A DNA stretch of 63,944 bases, the filler included, from Reclinomonas americana ATCC 50394 (lineage: Eukaryota): the NCBI GenBank assembly GCA_048213135.1. It is 16 parts of 16 records of this genome, joined end to end, with 100 filler letters (N's around TTAATTAATTAA, not from the genome) between each part and the next. Parts side by side here need not be neighbours in the genome. Positions count along the whole stretch, not along the records: positions 1 to 8,626 come from AFZH01022974.1; positions 8,727 to 13,908 come from AFZH01022977.1; 14 more parts are not named here. The stretch is one strand, 5' to 3'. The notes beneath the pieces are model-generated. The model was not told the DNA's origin and did not search any database. It saw nothing but the letters and a program-made list of their open reading frames with translations. The position numbers were made by a program, and so were the translations under genes. The first letter of the stretch is position 1, and every line of letters begins with the position of its first letter. This document shows, piece by piece, positions 1 through 12,525 of this stretch.

Positions 1-3000
1 ATCGACGGGGAGCACAGCGTGCCGGATCGCTGGACACGACAGACTGGAGTTGCCGTTTCGTTGCCGCTGGTGGAGCGCGCTACCTGATTGATGCGCTGCT
101 GGGTGGCACTGTGGGACTGCAGGCGTCGAGTGTCTCTCGCCATTGCATGTCGGTGCTGTTGCGAGTGGTGGACCACTGCATGAGAAGTGCGTCTTCATGA
201 TTTGTCAGCAAAGCAGATTTTGGCAAACACACACACACACACACTCACGACCATTGCAGTGTGCGCCACTGTTCCGGGCCTTCCCACCCTGTGCTCGGCT
301 GCGGAGCTCGACCGACTCATGGTGCTGTGCATGGACATTGTGGCGGACACCGCCGCACCGGCGCCCGATTCCACCGCCGACGAAGCTGCTCAGCGACTGT
401 TTCGTAGCGCGAAGTCAACCATGATGCATGTGCAGCGCGACCAACTTTACGTGTGCGTGCGTGCAAATGCAGATTCTGCGACCTCGGTGGTCAAGTGGTC
501 CGCCAGGCATTGTCGCTGTTGGCGGCGTGCGTGCATTTGCGTGGCGGCAGCGCGCCTGTGGTGTCGTACGCACGGCGCCAGTCGAACTTGAGTGACTGGC
601 TCCGGCAAGCGCTGCTGAAGGCTCCCAGTTGCGTGCGAATCCTTCGTGGCTTTGTGTCATGGAGAGGTGTGCGTGTGCTCACGTTACACACACTCGCATC
701 ATGCAGCGTCACCGGTGCGTCACGGCGCCGCCGACGGGCTGACCATGTTGTTGCGGCCGGATGTGGCCGAGACGCGTGCAGTGGCGGCCGCAGCCATTCC
801 CAGCTTGCTTTCGTTCTTGCAAGCGGTGCGTGAGTTTCGGTGTGTCGGAGAATGGCGCTGTTGTGTTCTTACACTCGAAGCAGGAGGAACAAGAGATGGA
901 GGGCGATGTGGAGCCGTACTTTGCACTCGTGTCGCGCATTCTGATGTTCCCGCGCGTCAACGAGGTTGTGACCGAGGTGCAGACGCTGCTCGACATGGTG
1001 ATTCGCAAGATGTGCCGACGCCGAGTGATGGAGGTGAGGCGCAGTGGCGGTCTTACGCACAGGCTGTGAGAAGTGTGAGTGCTCACACACACACATACAC
1101 GTACAGACATCGTTTGGCGGTCCCACTTCCTCCGAAGACAAGGTGTTGGTGGGCCTCTTGATTCTCGCCTCCACCCTGCTACGCATGTCGCCACACCTGC
1201 GCATTCGCATCGAGCCAGGCGATTCGACGTTGCGTTGATCCTCCGTCGGGTGGTGAGCGGTGTGTGGTTTCTGATTTTCGGGGCCGTGTGCAGTGCATTC
1301 GATTTGCTGGAGGAGGTCTTTTTCAACTGCCTCTTCGGTGTGTCGCCACTTGAGGACGCCATTCGGTTGGCTGAGGTTCCAGAGTGCGATGTGCCCGCTG
1401 GCAAGAGCGTGAATCCGCGGACGCTACCCAAGTGCAAGATGCCAGTCTCACGCAATGCCGCCATGTCGTTGTTGCAGCAGCTGGCGGCCGACGACAAGGA
1501 TCACTTCCTTCGTCTGTGTGCCGCACTGCGCAGCGAAGTCAAGACACGTTGCGTGCGCACCGAGTCGTGCCCGCTCTATTTTTGCGTTGCTGTGTTTTGA
1601 TGAACTGTTTGCGCAGTGCAACCGCCGAACGAGTACATGGTTGGCTTCGTGCAGAACCAGCGCTCGCCGCTCGGATTCGTGGGCCTGCGCAATCTGGGTG
1701 CCACGTGCTACATGAACTCGATGCTCCAGCAAATCTACATGACGCCGACCATTCGTAGTGCGCTGTTGAGCCTGGACTTGCCGCAGATGCGGCCGGAGCA
1801 ACCCGACGACAACTACACACTGCTCATGCAGCTGCAGTCGTTGTTTGCGTGCGTCACTTACTTTTTGTGATATTTCCGGTGGGCAGTCACTGATCAGTTA
1901 CCGCGCAGGAGCCTGTTCCTGAGCAACAAAAAGTTCTACGATCCCGTGCCATTCACGTCGGTCTACAAGGACATGGACGGCAACCCCATCAATCCGCGTG
2001 AGCAGCAGGACACGAACGAATTCTTCAATGTGCTGCTCGACCGCGTGGAGGCCGCTCTGAAGCACACACCGCAGGTACATTGACAGACATGCCTATGTTT
2101 GTGGGTGCATGCATCGCTTACGTTTTTGTGTTTCAGCCATTCATCTTCCGCGACATTTTCGGTGGCAAGATCAGCAACCAGATCATTTGCAAGGATGTGG
2201 ACTTTGTATCGTCGAACGATGAGCCGTTTTACTCGGTCAGCTTGGAGGTGAAGAATCAGAACTCGATTCTGCAGGTGCGTGCATCATCGAACGGCAGATC
2301 CGCAAGTATGGTGCCTTACTTGTATGATCTGAGCAGAGTCTGGCGTTCTTTGTTCAAGGCGACATGCTCGAGGGCGACAACAAGTTCTACTGTGAGGAGT
2401 TTGATCAGCGCGTCGATGCACTGCGCCGACAGTGCTTCAAAGTTGCGACTGCGTTGCACTGAGCGCGCGCGTGTTGTTCTTGGTTGGCACTAAACTGTTC
2501 CTCCATATCGCAGGAGCTGCCGCCGATGATGGCGCTGCACTTGAAACGCTTCGAGTTCGACTACGAGCGCATGGTCCACGTCAAGATCAATGATCGGCTT
2601 GAGTTCCCGCTCGAGCTGGACATGTTCCCGTACACGGTGAAAGGCCTCGCCCAAAAGGGTCATCCCCTGGCCGGTGGTGCGTCGGCGTTGATGGCATGAA
2701 GCTCTCGTCTTGTGCTTCTGTCTCTCTCCTCACGGCTGTGTGCACACGCTTTCAGGCCTCTCCCGCTCAATGTTCAAACTGGCCAACACGCGCGACGAGG
2801 ACCCCGAATACTACCTCTACGATCTGGTCGGTGTGCTGGTGCACTCGGGTTCGGCCAACTCCGGCCACTACTACTCGTTCATCAAGGAGCGTGAGGATGG
2901 TGGCACGGACGACTCGGGCGGCTGGTACGAATTCAACGACACCACCATTCGCCCGTTCAGGCTGGATGTTGCGTCTGCATGTTAACTGTGGCGTGTGGTG

Positions 3001-6000
3001 GGCGTTTTCTCTGACCCGCCGTCACAGATGCTCGAGCGGGAGGCATTCGGCGGCACCGAGTCGTACACGATGCAAGATGGCACGAAGCGCGACGTTGTGC
3101 GTGCCCAGAACGCCTACATGCTGTTCTACAGACAGCGGCTGTACGCGAGGAAGGCACGCGAGCTGTTGCATCCGTCGTTGACGACGGAGGAGGACGGCGA
3201 AGTGGCTGCCGGCAGTGCATCGGCATCAACAGTGCCTGCTGTTGTTGGTGCTGGCGATGTGGCCGCCGACGCACAGCCTCCACCGCGCCGGCAGCGTCCT
3301 GTCTCTGCCGTGCCCGGTCGACGTGTGGTCATGGCCGACGACGACAAGTTGGTCAGACGGCCGAGTATGGAGGCGCCCGAGTCGCTCGTGACGACCAATA
3401 CGAGTGCCGATGCATTTGACGGCATCGATGAGGAGCGGTCGACCGTGGTGGACGAGGAGGGCGACGAGGGAGGTGCTTCGTCGTCGTCGGCTGGCAAGCG
3501 GCGCTCGGGATCGTTGGTTCTCACGGCTGTTGACCGTGCGCCGCCTGCTGGTATGTTTTTTTCTTGTCGCTTCGTTTTTCGGCGATTCCTCTATCTCATG
3601 GATTACTGACTGGGCGGCTTTGCAGAGGGAGCTGGCTCGTCGTCGTCTGCTGGCGCTCCAGTGCCATTGCGTGGTTCGTTTCCCTGCTGCAGCTTGCATG
3701 TCTCAATGACGTCTCACTTTATTTGTGCGCACGACAGACATGAAGACATTTGTGCTGTCGTATCTGGCGCCGGGCGGTGTGCGGCTACCGCGTGCCATTT
3801 CAGCGCCAGTGTGGACCGAGAATCAGGTGTTGCTGCGTCAGTGGTCCGTCTATGACCCTCAACTGGCGTCGTCGCTCGCCGATATCATGAATGAGCAAAT
3901 CACCCGACGTGAGCGTGCGCGCGGAGGAGCATCGGATCGTTGAGTGCTGATGTGTTCGTGTAGTTGGCGGTATGATCTGCTGCCACTCACTCTATTCGCA
4001 CGGCAGTGTCGGATTCGGATGTGCTGCTCGTGACGGATTTGCTGCTGCACTACACGGCGAATGTGGTTGCTCGAAGTGGCGAGAGCAGTCAGTTTTCGTA
4101 CTGGACGCAGCTTTTGTGCCGGTGGGCGGAGTTGTTCCCGTTGGTTTGTGTTCCATCGTGCACGAGTGTTTTTCCCTGCTTGTGACGCTGGAGTTGTGAC
4201 TCTTTTTTGTGGATAGGCGGCGACGTACGTTGCCGACCAGCTCAGCAACCAGCCCGACTGGCGCAAGAGCTTGCTGTTTGACCATCCGGCCGGCGACGTG
4301 CGGCGTGCATTTGGCGAGCTGCTGTCGCGCTGTGTGTGCCTGCTGTCGCGTGAGGAGAACTTGGAGTTGTATAATGGTGCGCGTGACATTCGATCACCAT
4401 CTTGTGTTTTCTACTTTTGCTGACCGTCGGCGCAGAGTTCGACCCATCGCAATTCGTCTCGGGTCTCACAGCAGAGCAGAGCGACGCTCTCGGTCACACA
4501 CTGTCGGAGCAGCGCTCGATTTTGTATCACGGCTCGTCGTTCACCGTGTCGAAGACGGCGTTGCCGGCACTAGTCAGTGTGCTGATTGACGCGGTGCGTA
4601 CGTTTGTGTGCTTGTGTGTGTCGAGTGCTCGCACGCTGCTGCTGACTCTCTTTGCGTTGTGCAGATTGACGATGCCGGTCTCGCCGGTCGTCGGGCGCTC
4701 GAATACTTCCGCCTGATGGGCACCATTGCGGAGCAATGTGATGTGGAGGTGAGAGACAGCAGAGCATGAAAAAATCAGCAGTATGTCGCCCGCCCTCACG
4801 CTTTCTGGAATCACGCAGCGCGAATGGATGGTGGCACGCGGACTCGTCAGCAAGGTGGTGGCTGTGCTGGAGTCCGAATCCGCTGCAGTGCGACAACAGA
4901 ACGAGCAGCGCACGAGCCTGTCATCGTCGTCGGGTGGGCGCAATCCGTATTCCAGCTCCACTGGTAGCCACTTTTCGACGGCAGCCACGGCGGCCATGGC
5001 CGGCATGGATAATCAGCGCGTGGCGCTTCCAGGCACGGCTGCGGCCTCGGCGGCTCCCGCGTACGGTCCGCAGCCGGCGCCGCGGAGCACGTACCGGTAC
5101 ACTGGCATTGGCAGCAGCAGCTACCGACCGCAGACGCTGTGCGATCGCATCGGCGGTGAAACCCTGCAGCGCGCCATGCGCCTGCTACGCGTGCTGGTCA
5201 CCTCGTGTGGCACCGTGCAGTCGGCCATTCACGGTCCCCCGCCGACACTGTACCTGTCACCACGCAACCAGCAGGCCGACTCGCCGACACAGGGCACCGG
5301 CAGCTCACTGCCGCCCGACATTCGCATGCCTGCACTGTCGCAGGAGGATGTCAAGGCTCTCTTCAGCAAGGTGTGTGTGCGTGTGTGTGCCGCCCCCCCG
5401 GCACGATGTTTGATGGGGAGTTTCGCTTACGTTTAATGGGGGGCTGGCAGTATTTCATTGCGCACGTCATGGAGGAGGACGTGGCCAATGTCGAGTTGTT
5501 CGAGATCCTCGTGCACTGGTGCTGGGAGAGCATCGACATTTCGCGCAACATGGTATGCATGGTGATCGAGAACCTGGATCACTTGCCGTACACCATGTAT
5601 CCGTCGTACCTTGCGCTGCTCGATCGCTTGCTGAATATTCACGACTCGGTCTCGGCCGCACGGTGCGTTCGCTTTTCTCGTGTGCTGTCGCACTGTTGGG
5701 GAGCTGATCACGTATGTATGTGTATGCACACTCAACAGTGTCAAGTACGCCATGGGTCGCGTGCTGTCACTGGTGCGCCAAAACGTGCACAACCGCAACG
5801 CCGCGCACACATGCATGCGCTTTTTGATGGAATGGGAGAGGCCTTCGGAGGAGGCACAGGCGTTGCGTGCCGGTCGGACTCGCCCCCTGCTGCGATCGGA
5901 TAACCTCACTCACTCTTCTGTGTAATCCGCAGGTGGGTACACAACAACATGGCGACGTTGCGCGACATGTGCCAGCAAGTCGGACTGGTCATCAAGGAGA

Positions 6001-6035
6001 AGCGTCCAGAATCGGCATCGGCAGAGCGGCGTTGA
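1..6035 (+). CDS. Large ubiquitin C-terminal hydrolase, USP9/USP24/USP34-like (5'-partial, multi-exon), haplotype A
   Basis: Spliced exons give Cys box [40 protein letters not shown], His box [29 protein letters not shown] and NAYMLFY. The last exon ends ...SASAERR TGA at 6033-6035. All checked introns are GT-AG. Confidence 0.92.
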
Positions 6036-6238
6036 AAAAAAGCAAAGGCGAACTGAGTTCAGAAGCAGCCGAACGAGAGAGAGAATGGAAGAGAGTACAG
6101 CGTGTTCCCATATTTATAACGCGATCGGAAGTCGAGACGGAGTGACTCCGAGGGCCCTCACCAATCATGCATTAAATCCGAACACAAGCGGGCAGACAAC
6201 TTCATTCTTCTTGTGTGTGTGTGAGAGAGAGAGAGAGG

Positions 6239-7232
6239 ATGAGTCGCACAGTGTTGCCTGCAGTGGCTGGCGCGTCGTCTGACCCCAACCTGGAGATCAT
6301 GTACTTTGCGATGGGATGATTTTGGTGCGAGACGGCTTTCGGGTGCGTTGTCTCCCTCTCACTCTCTCGTGACTGTTGCATCACCCGTGGCTCAACTCCA
6401 CCGCGTGCAGAGTCCTTCCGGGAGTCGTCCGCACCAGTGTCGGGTATCAGGTGTGTGATCAGCAGCAACACAGACAGGTGCAATTGATCGGGTCATTGAC
6501 TCGTGCGACTGCAGGGTGGCAAGACCAAGAACCCGACGTATAGAGACATGAAGGACCACACCGAGTCCATGCGTGTCGAGTTCGACCCTCGCCTGGTCTC
6601 CGTCAGCGAGCTCCTCGCGGTCAGTCTTGCGCAGTTGTCGTTGTGATCTTTCCCTTGTCTCATGGTGGGGGCGCGCGCAGGTGTTTTGGAGCCAGGTCGA
6701 TCCGACGCACATGTCCTCGGTGCAGTACAAGTCGGCTGTGTTTTACACGTCGGACGAGCAGGCGGCGATCGTGCGCGACTCGATTCCCAAGCTGCGTGCG
6801 GGTGAGAAGCTCGCCACGACGATCGAGGCCTTCCGTGAGCCGTGGTATCCAGCTGAAGGTCGGTTCTCGTGCGCGACTTGCTGGTGCGCCCCTGTTGGCT
6901 TATCGTGCGTGCGCGAACCAGGGTATCATCAAAAGTACTATCTGCGCCACCGCTCGGATCTTCTTCGAGTGCTCGAGGAGTCGGGTGTTGACATGGCCGA
7001 CGATGTGGCAGTGACGGATTCGCCATTGGTTCGTCCAGCAGTCAATGGTGGCTGGTGTTGCCGAGTTGTCTTACCGCGTGTGTGCTTCTTGCAGGCCACC
7101 AAACTCAACGCCTACGCCAATGGGCTCGGCACGGCAGCGTCGGTGGAGCGCGACGCAGCGGCGTTTGGACTCGGTCCCGAGGCCGTCGATGTGCTGCGCA
7201 AGTACATCCGCGGTGCCGGTGGTCGACGCTAA
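6239..7232 (+). CDS. msrA: Selenoprotein peptide-methionine (S)-S-oxide reductase MsrA, Sec27 (TGA 6317-6319), haplotype A
   Basis: Exons 6239-6342, 6411-6450, 6515-6619, 6681-6858, 6922-7028 and 7095-7232 total 672 nt (223 aa). Motifs: FAMG[U]FW, TSVGYQGG, NPTY, DHTE, QYKSAVF, AEGYHQKYY and C-terminal ATKLNAY. The TGA sits exactly at the catalytic Cys of GCFW. Confidence 0.93.
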
Positions 7233-7313
7233 CAGGAGGGCGAGGGGTGGGTGGCGGCGCCGACAACTGGCGCGTGATGACGGAGGACGTGATGGAGTTC
7301 TGTGTGCCAACGG

Positions 7314-7375
7314 ATGACGTTGTCAGCAACAAGGAAGAGACGGTAGTTCGTTCATTCTTCCTGCTGACGACTGAT
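7314..7375 (+). promoter_or_regulatory. Eukaryotic SECIS element (type II-like) in msrA 3' UTR
   Basis: ATGAC (7314-7318) and TGAT (7372-7375) form the non-Watson-Crick core. Stem GTTGTCAGCA/TGCTGACGAC, unpaired ACAA (7329-7332) and apical minihelix GGAAGA/TCTTCC. Lies ~80 nt after the stop and is identical in haplotype B. Confidence 0.88.
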
Positions 7376-7519
7376 GCGGATCGCGCCGACTTTTTTTTTC
7401 TTGCTGTCGGCGCCCCACACATGGCACAACTCTGTCGCGGCCATCCATCGTCACGCGATTCTTCGTGTGCTGTCGCAAACAATGAACCGAGGCATATTCA
7501 GCTGCTGTCATCTTCCTCC

Positions 7520-8432
7520 TCACGGAGACTTGGCGCCCGACTTCTCCCACGGCTTGCGTCGCACACTACTGCTCTTGCTGCGTGTCACCGCGGAGAGACT
7601 GGCCGTGCGCGCCAGTGGCGACCCACCGTCGTCACTGCTCGCCATCGAGGCCGGCGGTCGTCCGGCTGACGGCAACGGCGCCGGCATCGATGGCAGACCG
7701 ATGGCATCCGCCGGCACCACAAACGACGCCGCAAACGGCACGCCACGCACGGCCTCCAACTGCACAGCCGAGCTCGCCAGCTGCGATCGCGACTCGACAA
7801 ACATGCGGAACTCGGTCTCCAGCATCGCCACCAGCTCACCATCCACGCTCTCCAACAGCGTGGCAGGCTTGCGTGTCGCCAGGCTGAACGCACAAACACG
7901 ATGAGCGATCGCCGGAAGCATCACCACAAACGAGCCAAAAAACAACAATGCAACTCGTGTCGCACGCCACTGCTGTTGATCGCTTCCTCGTGCTGCGGCT
8001 GCCTGCTTTCGCCTTCCTCCTCCTCCTCGCCGTGAGTCTGCGTGCCTTGTGTGCGCATCACTCGCTTCTCTTCTTGCTCCACTCGTTGTGGTCGCGCGCG
8101 TCGACGAGTCAGCCACAACAGCATCGAGGCCAGCTGCGCGCGGAACAAGCGACGACGATGCACTGCACGCGGGATGCATCAGCACACGCTCACACACAAC
8201 AAGAGAGAGAGAGAGAGAGATCGACCTTTGTTGATACGCTGCAGGTGCTCATGGACAGCCTCGTCGACTTGACGCTGCACCGAGTCGCGTCGCCACCATC
8301 TGCATACAGCATGCACAATGATTGAAAGACAGCGAGGAGCAAGTCGAAAGTGCCACGCAACTCGCTTGCTGCATAGGAGACCAGTGCGCCCACAAGAGCG
8401 CTCAGTGCAAACGACCACCATTGGTCGCGCAT
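7520..8432 (-). CDS. Hypothetical membrane protein (probably one intron), haplotype A
   Basis: ATG 8432 MRDQWWSFALSALVGALVSY..., hydrophobic segments and a long open frame to 7520. The frame is open in both haplotypes, with indels concentrated in a GA-rich putative intron (~8180-8225). Confidence 0.5.
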
Positions 8433-8726
8433 GCACAGTCGCGAAAAAAAGCGGAGAAGAAAGTGTGAGAAATTTTCGCTCGGAGTTCAGCGCGCGTTCA
8501 CTTTTGTTTGCCAGCGTGTTTGTGTGAGAAAAGAGCTCGACACCAACATGGCAGGTGTGTGCACCGCGCACTGTCTCCTCCCTGTCTGCCTGTCTGCGTG
8601 TGTGCTTTTTTTCGTGTGTGTGTTTGNNNNNNNNNNNNNNNNNNNNNNNNNNNNNNNNNNNNNNNNNNNNTTAATTAATTAANNNNNNNNNNNNNNNNNN
8701 NNNNNNNNNNNNNNNNNNNNNNNNNN

Positions 8727-11700
8727 TTCTGTTCAACGACTCGCGGGTCGTGAATCCAGAAGAGGTGGGGAGCGAGCGCGTGGTCAGGCGGCCTGCAAGA
8801 TAGGCCGTCACCAGGGCAGCCACATCGAGGTTGACCTGGACGTGGTCGCCAGAGGTGGTCGACACTGCGCGTGACAAATGAGCACGACTTGCACATTGCA
8901 ATGAGCAGCCACATCGTCGTTGACGCAACCGTCCAGCACAAAGGAGAGGGAGAGGCTCTTGTAGCCCGACGGCACATTAAATGACGGCGTGACATCGGTG
9001 GCTTTCTCGCTACTGGCGTCCGAGGACAACACCGACCGGTATGATACTGAACATGGAGACAAGGCGAAGGGTCAGCAACAATCCGGCTGCAGGCACAACA
9101 ACGCGGATGGTGTTTTTCTGGAACGAACCGTTTGCCGAGGTTCCGGTCGGTGCTAAAATTTTGATTTGCACAGGCCCCGCAGCCGTGCTCTGACTGACGG
9201 TGAGAGGGGCGACTGCGGATGTGATCTGCGTCGAGACGACCACCAGCTGGCACCGGCGACCGTCGTAACCCGAGTTGCACACACACGGTTGTACGGCGTC
9301 GGGATTCTCGGTTGAGCACTTGCCGTGTCCGTAGCAAATGACGGACGAATCGCACACTGCGCGCCGCGAGGTGAACACACCACTCCGACACAGAAGAAAA
9401 TGTGCACCATCGATCCGCAAGCCACTCAACTGTTCGGCGTGGGTGTGGGCTCGTCTGGCGGCGGTGCTGGCGTCGGATTCGTCGTGTTTGTGTTGTTGAC
9501 AAACACAAAATCCGTGCACTTGGGCAGTAGGAACGGAGCCGTACAATTGGTGCAATACTGTCCCTCCCAGTGGCCGTACCAGTCGGTCTTGTAGCATACG
9601 CACACGCCGCTGAGATCGCACACGCCGTGCTTGTTGCAGGTGTAGCGCCCCTGGCACACTGCGAATTCCAAAGAACGCGCACTCGTGTCAGCCATCCACT
9701 GAAACTCACACACCAGCACACACACACGCACCAGACGACAACCAGCCACCGACACGAGTGAACGAGGGCTGACCGGGTGGCCGCAGACAAAACGTATAGT
9801 TGCCGACATCGATGCCAGCAAAGCTGTACGACAGCTGCGACCCGTCGTCATTGACAAGTGTGTCATTGGGCCTGTTGCATCCTACGTCTGCGCAAGCTCC
9901 TTGACAGACTCGTGCCTCGTAGCCGAGTTTAAGGCCAATGCCGATAATGTACAGGCGGAATGAGCGACGTGCGATGACGGACGTGGGATAGTACGAGTCG
10001 ATGGTGGGTCCCGAGGCTGCAGTAACAACAGCATTGGGTATGGAAAAAAAAGATGTTGCCACAAACCGGTGCAGTGCGCGCGCACCTTCGTACACCGAGG
10101 AGCCGACACGGACAGCAGACATGGCGCCGGCGTACTTGATGCACACGTACCATGACGAGAGTGGGAGAGTGCCGTTGAAGGACACAATGAGCTGCGTGGC
10201 GGAATTCGAGACACTCATCACCATCGGAATGAACTTGTTGGGTCCGAAGACGGTGCAGTTGCCGCTGGTGGAATTGACCAGCGTGATCACATCACCAATC
10301 GTCAGTGACGTACCCTGCAGCGGCGCGCGCGTGAGAGAGAGGGAGAGAGAAAGAGACAAGAAGGGAGCAGCACTACACATATCACACACCTGCACACTGA
10401 TAGTGTGTTCCGTGTCGTTGGCCAGCGTGCGCGTCGGCGTGAAAAAGTTCACCGTCGGTGTGACTGCGTTGCGTGATGGGTGAGTCCCCTTGACAGCAAC
10501 AATGAACCGGCGATAGCGACGCACCAACGCGCGGGTCAAAGGCACCGTGCAGCGAGTGCTCGTCGAGGAGCGAGGCACCTGAGCGCTGCAACACATTGTT
10601 CTCAAAGTAGTTTTGCACATTCTGCGACACGAAAAAGCCCTCCACCGCCTGTGCGCGAACGGATCGTGTCAGCCTTCATGCCGTCTTGCAAGCACTCACA
10701 CAAGCAAATGACGTAACCGTCGGCGAAGTTGCAGCCTGGTGCATGTCGGTGAGAATATTGTCGACGAACAGCGAGTGGCGCACCAGGCTACCGGCGGACA
10801 GTGCCCTCCCACACTGCGCACGGCATGTGAGGAAGACTTGCGGACAGATGCAACACAACGTGAAGAAACCCGAGAACGCACCCGCTGGAACAACGACGCG
10901 GTCACTTCGCTATTGTCGGCATCGTCGGCATGGATGGCCGCACCGCCAATGTCGGTGAAGCGCGAGTGGTGCACCGACAATTGCGAAATGCTCGACACGG
11001 CCTGAATGCCGGCCGTCGACTGTCCACACACCCCATGGCGGTGAGCACACCCGCAGCAACAAGCAATCAAAGAGTAGAAGAGAGAACACGGATACGAAAC
11101 ATGACGATCCAGGTGCACGTTGCGAATGGTGACACGCGAGACGCCGCTGGCTATTCTGATGCCCACCGGCGAGACGCCCACTCGGATCGACAGTGGCGCA
11201 ACCCCCGACACAGTTCTCACATACACTGTGCCACGCACGGACACGCACACGCAGTAGTCGGTCACTGGTGCACTTTACACACACGCAAAGCATCGTCACC
11301 CCCCCGCACGCAACAGATACTGTCGACATCATCAAAGAAGTAGACATTGCGACCCTCCGCCGCCGACTCTGACAGCTCCTGCACAGAGCTGCACGAGCAC
11401 GACTTCGTCAACATCATGCAGCTCACGGAACAAGATCCTCCCTCCCTCACCTTGTCGCCGAAAACGCATGGGTATCGAGATCGAGCACAACGCCGAGTGA
11501 GCCACGAAAGTGCGGCACCGAGGCCGCCAAGTCGACCTTGTACACCCCATTCTCCACTACTTGCCACGCCGTATCATCCACCAGCGCAAGCGCCGACAAC
11601 AGCGGCAGCGCCGTGCTGCCCACAGTATCCGGACGCGACGCATAAAAGCCCTGCACCTGCTCCGGATCCTCGATGTACGCGTCGACAATCGTGTCGGGCA

Positions 11701-12096
11701 GCGCCACCTCGAGCGTGCCTGTGCGGAAGGCTGCTGAGCACACTGTGCCACTCACCTCCAGAGTGTGAGTGCGTCTGTGCACGCACCTGGAAACACATCA
11801 CCACGACGCAGACGAATGACAGTCGGCCGACCGGCCACTGCCGCCTCCTCGAGGGCCTTGCGTCGTCGCCGCAGCACTCCATTCAGCTCAGAGAGCGAGC
11901 CAAACGGGTTCCACACACTACCTCGCGTTCTCCACGGCGCTGCCGACGATAATGACGCCGAAGTCGACACATGATACACAATGGCATTATCCTCCACGTC
12001 GTTGTCATACTCCACATGCGCTGTGCCTCGTACCGCGACGCACACAAGCAGCGCCGCCACGGCTAATAGCACGACGACAAGAGGCACTCCTCTCAT
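8727..12096 (-). CDS. Large secreted/surface protein: signal peptide, pectin-lyase-like beta-helix, Ig/IPT-like and EGF-like modules (3'-partial), haplotype A
   Basis: Signal-like N-terminus MRGVPLVVVLLAVAALLVCVAVRG; IRLRRGDVFPG; GIRIASGVSRVTIRNVHLD; EGF-like CNKHGVCDLSGVCVCYKTDWYGHWEGQYC and CYGHGKC...CVCNSGYDGRRC. Confidence 0.7.
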
Positions 12097-12160
12097 CACG
12101 AAGTAACCCTATTCTTGCAACCGTCTGAATATTCGCCCGCCGCACGGTGACCCTTTGGTA

Positions 12161-12525
12161 ACCCAAGATGATCGCGACGGGGCGAACGGGGAAGGGTCTG
12201 GGGCCAAAGATCGGTCACAAAAAAGAATGGATCTTGGTCCCTGAAAAGAATGGATCTCTCAGCCGGAGCTGTGAAAGCAGACAATTGCCGCGAAATTGCA
12301 GCCGGGAAATTGGCACATTTCCGAAAGTGGACGCTTGCAGCATGCAGCTGACTATCTTACGTTAACCAAAGCAGTCTAGAGGAGCACGCAGAACACTAGC
12401 CTCCGTGCTATCGCTGTTTTGGCACGTTACCAAGAGGTTTTGTTAGTCAATTCCACTCGATCAACTGATTCGGGTCACAGGTCTCGCACAGCCCCACCCA
12501 AGATGATCGCGACGGGGCGAACGGG
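12161..12525. mobile_element. Haplotype-specific 305-bp insertion (12191-12495) flanked by a 30-bp direct repeat
   Basis: ACCCAAGATGATCGCGACGGGGCGAACGGG occurs at 12161-12190 and 12496-12525. The other haplotype has a single copy (37443-37472) and no insert. Confidence 0.8.

Noticed and set aside
1034..1107. Possible in-frame TGA readthrough in USP (CTG TGA GAA at 1064-1072)
   Set aside because: Lies within a GT-AG intron (1034-1107) whose removal keeps the frame.
3909..4005. Second apparent in-frame TGA in USP, hinting at a changed genetic code
   Set aside because: Intronic when the acceptor at 4005 is used. TGA is a normal stop in USP, delta-COP and MMAA, so only MsrA is recoded.
8627..8726. 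TTAATTAATTAA between N runs (15 occurrences)
   Set aside because: Artificial all-frame-stop linker between contigs, not biological.
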